The notes beneath the pieces are model-generated. The model ran no database searches. It was not told the origin of the DNA and saw only the letters and a program-made list of their open reading frames with translations. From Acanthaster planci (lineage: Eukaryota), in the NCBI RefSeq assembly GCF_001949145.1, contig NW_019091359.1, positions 1,996,540-2,060,539 on the forward strand: a stretch of 64,000 nucleotides of DNA, given 5' to 3'. Numbering within the stretch: position 1 is the first letter of the stretch; each line of letters begins with the position of its first letter. Shown here one piece after another: positions 35,791 to 48,939 of the stretch. The position numbers and the translations under genes are program-made.

Positions 35791-37289
35791 TCAATCTCCT
35801 TCAGAAATACCGTGCTCACAGGTTCCAGTGCATTAACCCACAAAGCAAGGAAAGGTGTTGCGATTCAGCGATAAACACTTCTTCAAATTTAGAACCAATT
35901 TACGCGTCAGCAGTAGTCACTGTGGCACATTTCTAACCATCTTAATATTACACGCTTTGGCCTCGCCTGCTGTCCCTGCTTTAGCATTGGCTGAAGGACA
36001 AGGGACGAGGGAAAAAACACCGAAGGCTCGTTGGATGGGAGCCTAAATGGATTCTAAATTAGTAGGTCAGTCCTTTGCCGCACTGATGCCGACAGAATGA
36101 TAAAATGCTAATAATGTGGAATTCCTGACAAATGATTTTGTGGCCGGGTGTAGCTTTGCAGGAGAAATGCAGCATGAGATAAGGCAGTAATTTTTGGATT
36201 TCAGGTTTTGATTATAGCGCTTGATTTTTCTCTCAAATGGCATTGGGAAATATCTTGATGGATATGAAAAGGCAGTGATAAGGGAAGGAATTGCATGAGG
36301 ATTGCTCTATGTGTGAAGTGAGGTTTCTGGCCTTCCTTGTGCGTTGTGGTTTGATCCTGGAAGTATTCTGTAGAGACAAGTCTGCCTCTGGGCTTTTTCC
36401 TCTACAAAAATATGGGAACAGTCAAGGAAGAATTGAGGAAAATCTGAGTACAGTTTACATCTCTCAATCAACCTAGATTTTTATGCATGCATGTAGATAA
36501 TGTGTTGGGTATTTCGGGCAGTACTGATTGTAGATTAGAGGGTTCAGGATGGAAACAAACCTTGCAAAATGAAAGAATTGAAAGAAATTCCCCCTGTAGA
36601 AATGTTTTATCAGTGTCAAATTCATTGCCAGCCATCTTTGTCCAACAAATGTAGTTTCAGTCATACATGTAAAATTCTCGTTCTGTAGTAATGAGGGAAC
36701 AAGTGAAAAGAGTTGTAAATTACTGGGCAAAGGCAACAACATATTACACATATTGTCTTTAGTTTAAGATCTCATGTCTGTGAATTCCACTAGTTGCTAT
36801 CTCCTCTGTCATGCATTTATCACAGGTCTTCAGTGCAGGAGATGTCGTAAATAAATGTTCAGTGTATTAAATCTAGTTATTGGAAGTGTGACCATCTCAA
36901 ATATAACGACGCATTAATTTCACTTGACCTACCATTCCACCAAGTGTAAGCATGAAATTGAGAAATTTATTACTGCTTTTGCAATTTCGGCTGTGTCCTA
37001 AGGAAGTGAAATATAATTTCAAGGATAAAGAAAAGCAAAGTAAAAAACAGAGTCACGCTTGATTTACGTCGTGATTATCGCATTCCATCCTGGTTTCTGC
37101 TTGAACATTAAATGTACATGAGATTCATACCATGAGATTTAAATTGAACACATGTGAATACTCAGACTGACAAATTTATGGGGGTGATGTAAGTTTGATT
37201 TAAAGGAAGCTTTCCTTGAATCCCTAGACGTAATTTTTTAAAAATTGATGCCTAAAAATTGAGGTACATAATTTGGCTTTGAAACCATT

Positions 37290-37800
37290 AGAAAAAATCA
37301 CTACCTGTTAAGCCTAAATTTTGTGTGTAGTTGTTTACTGAATACTGGGTAATGCAGAGACGACCTTTTTAAAAGCTTCATAAATGGGCACTTGATTTGG
37401 AATTCTAAGCAAGAGCCTTGGCTATTTGATTAGTTGTTTAAATTCACCTTTATATAGCCTCTCAGACCTTCTCTACAACCTTATTATAAGATAAAAAGGG
37501 GCAAGGCATCTCCTTTTTTCCCAGTTCAAAAAGAGAATGTGCAGTAAAAGGCTGTGATGTCCTCTCAGGCAAACTGCTTTTATTACGAAACTGGTTCAGA
37601 ACGGGCCAGATTCTGCAAGGCATGTCTCTGTCGTCATGAATATGAAAAGAGAACTTTCCTCCGTAATTGAAGGTAAATGGGCAGTGCTTATCTGCCTTTT
37701 GGCCTTCCTCCTTCTGGGCCAAATGATATTGGAATTCCAGTCCGCTGCCTCCAACGCTGATGGCACGCGCCTTTCCCTGTTACTACTTCATTTTTCCCTC
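37290..37800 (-). mobile_element. CR1 LINE RT C-terminal fragment
   Basis: SGLEFQYHL....QKADKHCPFTFNYGGKFSF...IWPVLN...KVVEKV* matches 'L.F..H+....KA.+....TF.Y.D..SF..LY...VRP.LEY ... +EKVQ'. Confidence 0.5.
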
Positions 37801-39339
37801 ATTCGTATTACAAGTGTTTTTTTTTCCCCACCCGTGTTCTTGAGGCTGTTCGTACATGCACAGTTTCCAGCTCGCTATTGACATTTTTGCTGGGGGGGGG
37901 AGGAAAAAGGCTTTTGGCTGGTAGTGAATTAAGCAGAACTGCTTTAGGCATACGAGTACGTGTACATGTATGTTGTCTGGAATTTCACTGTCGTTTATTG
38001 TTTATTTTAACTTACGGCTTCAGACCAGTGCTCATAATTGATGAGTTCTGTGATCTGTTCCAGAATACTTCGGTTAAAGTATTGGGTTGAAAGTGTGGAT
38101 GTCTTCCCTTCTTAAATTCTTGAAGAAACTGGCGGGAGTTGTCTACTTGTAATTTGTTGTTAATTTTACTTATTTTATTTTACTTTCTTGTCAAATCTGA
38201 ATCAAATTTCTCTTTTTTTTGGGGGGGGGAGATAAACTCAAACATCTACATGTACATACATCCACACCATGGGTTTCTATTGCAGTAGAATGTCGCCAAT
38301 TCAGACATTTTATTTTCCTGGTAACTGATTCATACAAGTGGGCTTTCATCTTTCCCGACCGTTTATCAAAAGACCAGTGTTTGTGTAGTCTTGACTGACT
38401 GATGAGGTTGTGAGGGAGACTATCTGTGGCATATATCTGTGTGCAAGCCCTCGACGGCACTGGTCGGATCTCCAAAGTGGTGGTGGGACCCCCTTGTCTG
38501 GGATGGGAACAGGGCTCTGTCCTACAAAGGGCGGCCGGAGAAAAGAAAAATAGAGCCGCCATTAAGGGATTCATGTAAAGGGGCCCGACAGAGCCATTTG
38601 TGTGGTGTCAGATTGCTAAGCAAACTTGTGTCTCATGTTCCTGAGTAAACTGGCCCCGCTTTTTTTGGGCAGGCTCTCTGTAGTCCGTGAATTCAATCGG
38701 TCCCATGATTCATGCCACTGGTCAACATCGAGGGGAACCGCTGTTTGCTGCCGCCATCTCTGAATGGATTTGGTGGTCGATGAGGCATTGATTCGCATTG
38801 CCCCATTGCGGAAGGAAATTAAATTTCATTGCAGGAGTTTGGAGATGTTGAAGTTGTGCTGTACACGTATGCTGTTATTTCTTGCTAAAGGTTTGCTCAA
38901 ACTGCGTATAGAGTTCTCTTCAGAAAACAAATGAGCTGCTAAAGCTGAAATTCTGTCACACGCATAAAATAACACAATAATTAGTTTTGTGAGTACTTAC
39001 CAAAAGTGGCAGCTGTTTTTGGTGGCGATAGGACTTTCATGGAACAATTTCTTTGGCAATCAAATATTTTTTTGGATGGAATGTGAATAGCTCTGCCGCT
39101 CATGACTCACGTTTCCTCTTGTGAATCATCTGTTACTGTATTAAAAAATGGAAAGAGAAATGAAGCAACATTCTGATAAAAACATTCGTTGTAAAGCACA
39201 TATTTTTCTCCGCCAGTGTGTAGGACTTGAGTCGGCCAAAGCAAATAGTGTTAAGGTTACGTTACAATTCATTCAGCATTTACCAACTTGAAGAGCAATA
39301 TCCCGTCTCCCAGTTATGAAATATTCACGGCCGCTCTGA

Positions 39340-39860
39340 AACAAATGGGACTCTCTCCGGAGTCACCGCATCGCTTTCTTCCCTTCCAGGCCAGATAGAT
39401 TTTGCCGGTTTCATTACACACCCTGTTCAAAAATTCACCTTGTAATGAAAAGCCCTGAGTAAATTTGCCGAGCATGATCACCGTCAAAGGAGCTAGAGTT
39501 GACATTGTCGGTGGGAACAATTTTGCCAGGAGATATTGTCTGAGCTGATGTCTCTTTCTTCTGTATGTGTGTCATTGAGCCCCTGGCCCGCTAGGTAAAT
39601 CTAATATGGGCCCCCGACTTCATTGTGTATTTTGGTTACACAGGTACGACTGGAAGCTGGTGTCCTCTGTGGCGGAAATCGACTTGCCAGTTTCGACCAC
39701 GCTTCTCTCTCTTTGAGTCTTTCTGCCTACATTCCCAGTACCATTTTGACGTCGGTTTGCCATGAAAGTATTCAATATAATGCATACTCAACCTCCTGAA
39801 GCATAGTTTTGGGAACAATGATTTGAACCTCCATTCTCTGTCCAAAACAAACTGCAGAAA
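39340..39860 (-). mobile_element. RTE-BovB-like fragment
   Basis: WRFKSLFPKLCFRRLSMHYIEY ('AFE.KCFRRLL.ISY.E'), GHQLPVV, and later GLEGKK in a shifted frame. Confidence 0.35.
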
Positions 39861-41309
39861 TTGTAAAGCTGTAGTGAGTTTGTTGACATCAAATTTGTCC
39901 TTGTTTGTGTTGTGGGGTTTTGTTTTTTTTTTTCATTTTGTTCAGCGAATTCCAAACAGATACCTTGCGATGCCTTCCTGTTGTTGATTTACCAGTGATT
40001 AATTGGATGTAGTATTCAGGAATTAAAAACCTTGTCTGCTCTTAATGCAGAGTACATTAAGGCTATCAGACGGGCAATTCATATCTATTTGGTAAAAATG
40101 TTTTAACCGAACAGTCAGTCAGCTGAAAACGTAGACTGTGTTAAGCAGTTTCTTGTTCTTTCGGAGATGTGAAGTGAGTCGGTGCCTGTAACGTTACTCT
40201 TGTTTTAGGGGTTGTCTGTTCGTTCTGCTGTCTGTTTCCTACAGATGTTTGGATACTGCCATGGATGGACACAAAGGATGACTGAAGGAATTTCTTTCCT
40301 TGTAAAAGATCTTTTTTCTTCCTTTTATAGATTTCTTTTTCTGTAGATGTTAACATTTAATGAATCTAACATTTTAATAGTTTTATTGTGAGCTGGTCCT
40401 TCCAGCCGACCAAGTATTTTAATAATCCAATGTAATTTAACGAAAAAATTCTGGATACAGGGCTTTGTAAACTCCCTCTGCAAACCAAGATCTGTCACTG
40501 CACAGGCTGTAAATTTCCTTATCTCCTTCCCCAACTTCTCACCACCTCCCCTCCATCAGCTGTCATTCCAGCTGATGGGAAGTATGAATCTTTAAAAATG
40601 GTCCCTACCTGTGCGGACTGGCTGCATCTATCACCGGGTGTGGAACACTGTCCACCCAACAGAGCTTAGGGCTGCCAAGCATTAATTATTCAGATCTGGA
40701 GACACCATCACTTGATGAGTGACCGCCAGTGTGGCCCCCTTTTTCCCCTTTTGAATGAAATGTTTTGAGGTTTCTAATGTCAGTGGTGATATTTTTAGGT
40801 TTCTGTTAAGCTGTGCTGAAAATCTATGAATGCACCTGGCTGGAGGTATCATTTTGAACACTTAGTTCTTGCAGAGGATTGGGAATATGTGTGTTTTGTG
40901 TTTGGGAGGATGATTGCATGTGGGTTGGGTGCAATTTGTTTAAACACTGATGTGGGGATTGTTCTGATGTAGCTGTAAGGTGAGAATTGATTTGTAAAAT
41001 GTAACTTGGTGATTTTTGGAAGATTCTTATTTTTTTTTCTTGGTTGAAAATTTCTTTTGTATCATGAACCAAACCTTTTACAGATGATTATTTTCAAATG
41101 TGAATTGGCCGTATTACAGCGCAGTTCATATGATTCTCAAATGCCAAAGTGTAGTCAGCGTCTCTTCAGTTCTTCATTTTTCTCCCCCTTTGTGTGGGTA
41201 TTTTTTTTCCTGTCACATGGCATCAGATGAGAGCCATGTCCTTGGCATTCAAAATAGGTGTCCCCTTGTCATTCAGGCAGGGTGGTTTTTTTTATTCAGT
41301 GATGCTGCA

Positions 41310-41323
41310 GTTGGCATGGTAAC
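41310..41323. promoter_or_regulatory. RFX X-box-like motif
   Basis: GTTGGCATGGTAAC, one mismatch from GTTGCCATGGTAAC. Confidence 0.35.
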
Positions 41324-44249
41324 TCGTCAGAAATTGGAGCGAATAAAGGCCTGTCTTGAATGGGGGGAGATTGAGTGGTTTCTTCCAAGCTTGAACGATC
41401 AGAAAATGTACACGAATGTTTTCTTCTCATTTTCTGTCTCTTTCTGCTTTTCTTCTGTTTTGGTATTGGATCACATTATGCGTGACTAGAAATTCACAGA
41501 ATTTTGCAACAGAAAATCTGCTTCCCACTCTCACCCTAAAGAGTTGTTTTTACCAGTTTGCCAATGAAGGAAGTTAAGTTTGCCAGTTGGATTATTTGGC
41601 AAACTACTGGTAGGGAATAAAAATGCCCACTTCAATCTCTGATCTTTTCTCTGAATTATTTTCCCTTTGAATTAAACTTTAAGGAAATGTCAGTGAATTC
41701 ACTTCCTATTCCACATTATGAGAAATAAAGGCTGGTTTTGGATGGTTTATTTGAAAAGGAAATTTTCTAATATCTTTCCCCGAAACACATTTGGAAGGAA
41801 AGAAATCGTATGAATATCTGTGGTGTCTCCCAAAGCATAAAATTTCCATATACTTGGTATGTGCGCTGAACAGAGATCATGGCGTGTGTGGCTATGCACG
41901 TGCATGTACAAGCGTGCTTATTTCACAGATTTGGCTGCAGAAACTCCATGGTTACCCGATGCCAAGCCGGCGTAAATAAGGCCCAGATATTCCGGTCATT
42001 GCCTGAACTCCGAGACACAGTCAACACAGGGCACATCTTTGGTTTCTGCACAGTGCACTTATCAAGATGGTAGGGGCACTTGATAAATCTTCCTGCAGAT
42101 ATTATATTTGTCATGCACAAACATTCCACTACCCATTACTGCACTAACAGGAAAAAAGATAGCAAGAAACCACCAAGAAGGGTACATCTGTACTTTAGCC
42201 AGTTTTTGCACGAAAGCTAGAGGAGAAAGGGATAAGTTACGATTCCCTTGCAGATGTTCACTTTGTAATTATACCGGTGAAGGAAGTATGACTGTGTATG
42301 CCCAGCAATGCTGGTGATAAGTTACATACATACGGTATATTGGAGACTTACTTAAGATATTCATTGAATACATCCGAAGAGACCAGTACATTTCCCTACC
42401 CCCCTTGGAAGCCCCAGCCCTAGGGATTTTGGCAGCCAGGAAGGAGAAATCCTGCAGTGGTGTTTTTTCTGGGTCAGTGCTCTCTTATGTCTGTGGTAGT
42501 GTGGCTCTAGTAATGCCTGGTGGAAGCTGGGGGGGGGTTGACTTGTCTCCCCATCAGCATCCCTTGTTGATTGTCAGGAAGTATCTTAGGGCAGTGAGGG
42601 GGTCCACAGCGATGGGCAGGAAACTTGTTTGGATGGGGGTGTTATTTTAGAATTTTAATTGCTTGGGGGCGGAGTCTGGATCTTGTGAAGCTGTTTATAG
42701 ATTGCTGAGAAAAAAACTATGATTAAATAGTGGTTTTTATAGAGTGGGACTTAAGATTCAGTTTGATCTCTGCAATGATGAATGTTGTGTCTAGGAATTC
42801 TAAATATCCTCCTAAATATGGTTTTTCATTTATGAAAACCGCAGATGACTATCTATTTTAGATTCCTTGATCCAATATAGATGTTAAAAATAGTTTCCAG
42901 CTGTGCTAATGATGTTGGTGTAGTACAGCATCATTGATATTTGACTTAATCCATGCTGTGCAAGGTTTACTCTGTGATACCGGCCTATGGCTCTATATGT
43001 GTGGACAAGGGGAAGAGTCTACCTAATTACTAATCATTCCTTGCTTGTTGGCTCTTCCCTGAAATCTGGAGATAACGATGTCCACTTGCTCAAACAAATT
43101 TTATGCATGTGATAAAGGCAGGTTTCTTTCCTACATGGACATGAATGCTGCCCACCACATTTTTGAGTCTGTGGCGTTCCCCTTGCACTTCATCAGTCAA
43201 CAATTAATCCAATTTGTTACATTGAATGGAACCAGCCAAGCCCTTTACAAAGCAGTCTGTTTCCTTCCCCCTGTCCTGACACCCAGATTCATGATTCATG
43301 ACCTTCACTTTGGAATGGAACAGTCCAGGGGGCAGTCAGTGCTCTGATTGGACATTGGTGACTGGCTGCTGAGGAGCTCATTTGCATGTGCAGCAGCTAT
43401 TGGCCAACAAGTGCTGGTTGATTTTCTCCCACATGTACAGTACTGTGCATGGACACACGCACAACCTGGTTCATGTAGCTGGCAATGGGAAAAGTGAGGT
43501 TGGTCTCCACCTGAACTGTAGGCAGATTCGGCCAGATATCAGGTTGTGAGTTGAGTAAATGGTAAATAGTCGGGCACGTGGATGGCAGAATGCTTAACAA
43601 GTTGTCAAGGTGGTTGGCATTTTGCTGAGGGAAAAGTGAGCGGTGAACTTGTAACTTCAGACCTTCAGTGGTGTCAAGATTTTTATCGCTTCAGGGCACT
43701 TTATAAATTCTGGAATCTGATTTGGACTTTGAATACAAATTCAACTTCACAAAATTATTGTGACTGTAATGTTTGAAGTGACCTTGCAACTTAACATCAT
43801 TTTGTAATAGCTGTTGGCACAGGGGTCATTGTCAACCCCCCCCCAGTCTGGGCCAGTTATTGGGCACACTTCATCTACGTTGTCTCTGAAAGCAAATATG
43901 CCCTAGCCATCCTGTGGCATAAATTGTAGACAGGCATTTGTGTGAGATGTGACCAAGTGAGTTGAATTTCTCGTGCAGTCTTGCCAGAGACTTGAACTTC
44001 AACGTGTGAAGCTGTCAGCATCTGTGTGGGGACTGTTTGAACTTCAAGTTGCCTTCAAGTTTGGATTGTCTGTACTAGTTAGTTACTCAATGGAGGCACA
44101 TCACTCTGCAAACTTTGGAGCATTGTGAAAGTTGACTTGTCATCAAGATCTGACAGTGTTTTTTCGAACAGTGTACTTTCCCACCCGATTTCTGCGTGTA
44201 TACTGGAGGATGCTCAGTTGGAGTTCCAGGCGGGGCTAAAGAAATTCAC

Positions 44250-44363
44250 ATGGCGACAGCGAGCAATACACCAATGAGCGAAGACGACGATTTGCAGTTG
44301 GATCCTGTTCAGGGGGACCTGTCTTATGGCTCATTTGCGGCCATGGATTTCATCATACTCAAT
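44250..44363 (+). CDS. Candidate alternative first coding exon of an unidentified host gene (MATASNTPMSEDDDLQLDPVQGDLSYGSFAAMDFIILN, phase 0)
   Basis: ATG in context cacATGG opens 38 codons that are GC/CpG-richer than the flanks, ending at AAT|GTAGGT. An in-frame TAG follows 4 codons into the putative intron. The product is not recognised. Confidence 0.45.
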
Positions 44364-44439
44364 GTAGGTACCTAGGTATTTCAGTTGATTGATCTGTCTA
44401 GTCGCTATCCTTCTGGATTTTCCCTCACATTGTTATAGT

Positions 44440-44521
44440 GATTAGTGAGAGTTGAGTATTCAGTGCTTTTTATGAGCCATGATTAGTGAGAGTTGAGTAT
44501 TCAGTGCTTTTTATGAGCCAT
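44440..44521 (+). repeat. Perfect 41-bp tandem duplication
   Basis: gattagtgagagttgagtattcagtgctttttatgagccat at 44440-44480 and 44481-44521. Confidence 0.95.
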
Positions 44522-45248
44522 AGAGGAGAGGACAGAGGTAAAATTCTTTGTCAAATAATAACCGTTCAAAGAGCGAATGTTGCGTTGATTCCAAAGCTTC
44601 CAAAGATAGAAAAATGTGTCAGCATGTGATTCCTCTTCCACCTCCTCATCAGGATTTTCACAACCACACAGAAAAACTCGTGAGATTTGATTTTTAAACA
44701 TCTGCAAAAAGTATTGACATGGCTTACAAAGCCGGAGACAATGGAAAGTTTTGCAAAATTAACAATAATTTTCCATGACAGACATAAATTTTTAAAAAAT
44801 GGAAATTAAAGAAGTTAGCCCAGTTATCTGACATTAACTCTCGAAAATGCACCAGAATGCTGCCATGTTGCATGTTGCTTTCCACAAATAACCACCAGTT
44901 GTAATAACCGGTTGTACATTCCTGGCGTTGGAGCGGCCGACCCACGAACACAAATCGAGTTGTTCGTGAACAAACAAGAACAAGCCACCCGAACTCAGCC
45001 CTTGTTCTGTGGGTTTTTTTTGTTAATTTGTTTGGTTTTTATTTGTTTGTTTATATGCTTTCGTTTTTTAAAGATATTCGGGGGGGATGGATCATGAGTG
45101 AGGTCATGACATGTTGCAGTTATTCTTCCTATTACTAAATGTTGTGATTCGTTTATTGTCACATGTAATGAAATATTTTAGTTGCCAAGCTTTCACTCAC
45201 ATTATTGTCGTGACAACTCTACAAAATGTGAGCATTTGAATTCTTTAA

Positions 45249-45520
45249 CCCTAACCCTCCCAAATCCTCCAAAATCCTTTTCTGCAAAGTGGAGGAATTT
45301 GGAGGATTCAGGATGTATGGCAAAAGTGCCCGGTATTTCTTTTGAATTAACTGCACAGCTCAAGAGTGCCATTCGCACTGCCTCAACATAATGACAGGAA
45401 TTGCTGGAGGATTTTGACGGATTCGGGCAGTTAGGCACACCTCCAAAAGACATTTTCAAGAAAGTTTGGAGGATGGAGGATTCAGGATGGTTCCTAGTAA
45501 AAAGGCTTAGGAGGTTAGGG
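45249..45520. mobile_element. piggyBac-like MITE
   Basis: TTAA at 45245-45248 and 45521-45524, termini ccctaaccctcc / ggaggttaggg, and internal direct repeat ggaggattcaggatg (45301 and ~45476). Confidence 0.8.
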
Positions 45521-45541
45521 TTAATGTATGAAAGTAAATGC

Positions 45542-45751
45542 CAGTGGCATAACTTGGGTGAGATTTCTGAGGAGCTCTGGTAGCAGACATTATTTTCAAG
45601 GGGGACAACAAAAGCAAATCAAGTGTGGCTTGTACCATTGAGGTACTTAACTGCGTACATTTTGAAATTTCAAATGGGAAGGCGGGGATGAGGCACGGAC
45701 TTCCTGGGGGGACATGTCCCTCCTAGGTGCCACTCCGTAGTTATGTCGCTG
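45542..45751. mobile_element. hAT-like MITE
   Basis: TIRs cagtggcataact / agttatgtcgctg match 11/13. The 8-bp flanks gtaaatgc / gtgaatgt match 6/8, with both differences transitions. Confidence 0.7.
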
Positions 45752-46037
45752 GTGAATGTTGTAAGTTTTTAAAATCCCTGCAAACTTTTTTGACCCAGAG
45801 CTTTAGGATTTATACCAAAGGAGTGAGTGTTTTGCCAAGTGTACCAGGAAATCCACTTATTATGAAATAGCACTACTCCCCTGTGTCCTGAGGGAATTGA
45901 TGTTGGGGGGAGGGTTACATGATGTCAAGGATAAAGGTGATTGCCATGTTGATTAATAAAAACACATCAGGGTTTAACTGCTATTGCAAACAGAGGATTG
46001 GTGTGCTGTGTACTTCTGCAAGGCCACCGTGCTAGTT

Positions 46038-46315
46038 GGGTCATTCCATGAGGTTGGGCACAATTTGTGACGGTGTCCATTGTTACATGGGTTCCATATT
46101 AATAAACAGGTTCCATAATAATGAACGGCTATTTCCCTGCATGTGGATTCCACATTGACATTGTTATACATGTACATCTCGCAAGGCTGAATACAGAGGT
46201 GTGTGTTATTTTTACAGAGTAAATGACCTACTCTACAGGTCATGACAGGCGGTAAAAGTTACCCATGTTACAAGGACACTGTCACAAATTGTGCCCCAAC
46301 CTCATGGAACGACCC
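46038..46315. mobile_element. Sola2-like MITE
   Basis: ~55-bp TIRs gggtcattccatgaggttgggcacaatttgtgac... / ...gtcacaaattgtgccccaacctcatggaacgaccc, with a perfect 4-bp TSD AGTT (46034-46037, 46316-46319). GRG termini plus a 4-bp TSD fit Sola2. Confidence 0.8.
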
Positions 46316-46551
46316 AGTTTACAAGTCAAATGTGTATTCACAGAAGATCCTTTTTTTATAATGGCAACGTAACCCTTGCAAGTTAAAAATCTAGTGTGAT
46401 CACTGTGGCTCCAGCCTGCTTGTGCTTGGCGTTGCTACCCATTAAGTGTATGTTGCACGGCTGCTTGGGAAACGTGGCGTAGCTTCCTGCAGTGGTGGAA
46501 AGCAAAAGCAGTGGGCTTGATTTGCACTGCGACTTGTGCATGGCTATGAAC

Positions 46552-47138
46552 NNNNNNNNNNNNNNNNNNNNNNNNNNNNNNNNNNNNNNNNNNNNNNNNN
46601 NNNNNNNNNNNNNNNNNNNNNNNNNNNNNNNNNNNNNNNNNNNNNNNNNNNNNNNNNNNNNNNNNNNNNNNNNNNNNNNNNNNNNNNNNNNNNNNNNNNN
46701 NNNNNNNNNNNNNNNNNNNNNNNNNNNNNNNNNNNNNNNNNNNNNNNNNNNNNNNNNNNNNNNNNNNNNNNNNNNNNNNNNNNNNNNNNNNNNNNNNNNN
46801 NNNNNNNNNNNNNNNNNNNNNNNNNNNNNNNNNNNNNNNNNNNNNNNNNNNNNNNNNNNNNNNNNNNNNNNNNNNNNNNNNNNNNNNNNNNNNNNNNNNN
46901 NNNNNNNNNNNNNNNNNNNNNNNNNNNNNNNNNNNNNNNNNNNNNNNNNNNNNNNNNNNNNNNNNNNNNNNNNNNNNNNNNNNNNNNNNNNNNNNNNNNN
47001 NNNNNNNNNNNNNNNNNNNNNNNNNNNNNNNNNNNNNNNNNNNNNNNNNNNNNNNNNNNNNNNNNNNNNNNNNNNNNNNNNNNNNNNNNNNNNNNNNNNN
47101 NNNNNNNNNNNNNNNNNNNNNNNNNNNNNNNNNNNNNN
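46552..47138. other. Assembly gap (587 N)
   Basis: Run of n. Confidence 1.
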
Positions 47139-48074
47139 ATTACTGGTCTTAATTTAGTCACTGCATGATATCTTAAAGAAGCAGTGTTTAAGCATTATCC
47201 CACCTGTTTTTGCTCCTGAAGACTGCTGCATGGTTAATAACTTCACAGTGCAGCCTGGCACACCATCAACCTAAATTCAAACACCCTAGTTTTACTCTGA
47301 TCACTTTTACATAAATGTCAGTTCAAAACATGTCGTGGCTGTTTGCACGAAGCATCATTAAGTGGACTTCATAAATGAAGGAAATGTGTGCAAAAGTCAG
47401 GAAAATGTTTCAAAATAAAGCTCTGGAAACTTCACTCAGCACGCTGGCAGTTGGCCAGAAAATTTGTGATTATGGCAGCATGTCTATTTTTGTGGGGTTA
47501 TGCTGATTTTATTATTATTTATTATTATTAGGCTAATGTGCTCACCTTTCCAACTCCTCCCATACGTGAATTAGAAATACGTTGTGTCCTCATTACACGG
47601 TAGAATTGGCCATTTTTTGGCTGCAGAATGGCAGTATTGAATTGAACAATGTACAAGGCAGATACAACACCTGAAGATTCACTTTGCAATGAAGGCATAG
47701 TTGACTCATTTCCTCTTTTGTGAAATTGGATTTTGATTTTTTGTTTCCCTTCTCCACGTTAATTGGCGTCCTTACCAGACAGAGAAAAACTGGTCAAATA
47801 TTAAGGAACTCACAGCTCGTATGTAGACAGCGTAATGCTACCCATTCCAATGATTCTTGAAACATGTACATCATCTTTTAAAGAGCATGCATCAAGTTTT
47901 GCAGTTCTAACCTTGTTCAATCCTAAATCCTCTTGCATGGTCAAAACTGCATCCAAGAATTAATGGTTGAGTCAGTCCTGGACCAAAATAATTTGTGGTG
48001 TTTTCACGTGAAATAAATACATGTACATGTATGCCCCTTTGACTGTGTTTCTCCATCCCGTTGGCTTGAACATG

Positions 48075-48295
48075 GGGCCAATTTCATAGAGCCGCTTAAG
48101 CACAAAATTTGCTTAATAAACAACAGTTACCAGCTCAAACTCTATCTGATAGTCATGCTAACCAAAAAACAGCTAAATATGATCCCCAAACAATATACAT
48201 AACATGGAGTTTTGGCTGGTTTCCTGATTTATCAAGTAAGGTTTTTTTCGCGGTTAAGCAAATTTCATGCTTAAGCCGCTCTATGAAATTGGCCC
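48075..48295. mobile_element. PIF/Harbinger-like MITE
   Basis: 42-bp TIRs gggccaatttcatagagccgcttaagcacaaaatttgcttaa vs ttaagcaaatttcatgcttaagccgctctatgaaattggccc match 39/42. The 3-bp flanks are atg/gtg. Confidence 0.85.
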
Positions 48296-48939
48296 GTGTT
48301 TATTGTGACTGTGTGGTTTTATTTGTTTCACATTATGGTTGCAACTCAACACTTCATCAGTTCCTCTCTTTCACTTCCTTCAAACCTTTCAAACAAGAAT
48401 ATTTCTTACCAAATATGGGTTCTAGTTATCGGCTGCGCCAGCTCTTTTCTTCCCTCACCTGACTGGAATTTTCCTTATCAGCACCTAAGACCTTTACGCT
48501 GAAATGGAAGGGACTGAAATTTCTAATTAAGCATCGAAACAAACAGCTGCAGATAACCCATAATGGAAGGAATGTGTAGTGGAGCTCTAGCCGCCCACGC
48601 AAGAGCAACGAGAAACGCATTGCTGATAAAAGAACATAGACGCTGTGCTTCTTTTTCACACTGTGGACAGCTTGTAACGTGAGAATCTGTTTTGCACAAA
48701 CAATCAAAACTAGTGAAATACTCTTGTGTTGTACTGTAGGTTCATTACACTGAGGCTGTAACTGTAGGTATGTAACCTTTCCCTAGATCAGCCGATTTCC
48801 TGAATTTTGTTACTTCCCATTGTCTGCCATTAAAAAGTGAAAAATGCTGTATGCGGTCTTGTGCATCCAGGAATTCCGTTGTTCCCCCACCTTAGTGAGT
48901 GGCATACTTGTCCATTTCAAACTATCACTGTTTTGATTC

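Noticed and set aside
45245..45260. Telomeric repeat-like TAACCCTAACCC / GGTTAGGGTTA
   Set aside because: Only ~2 units, and they form the TIRs of the piggyBac-like MITE.
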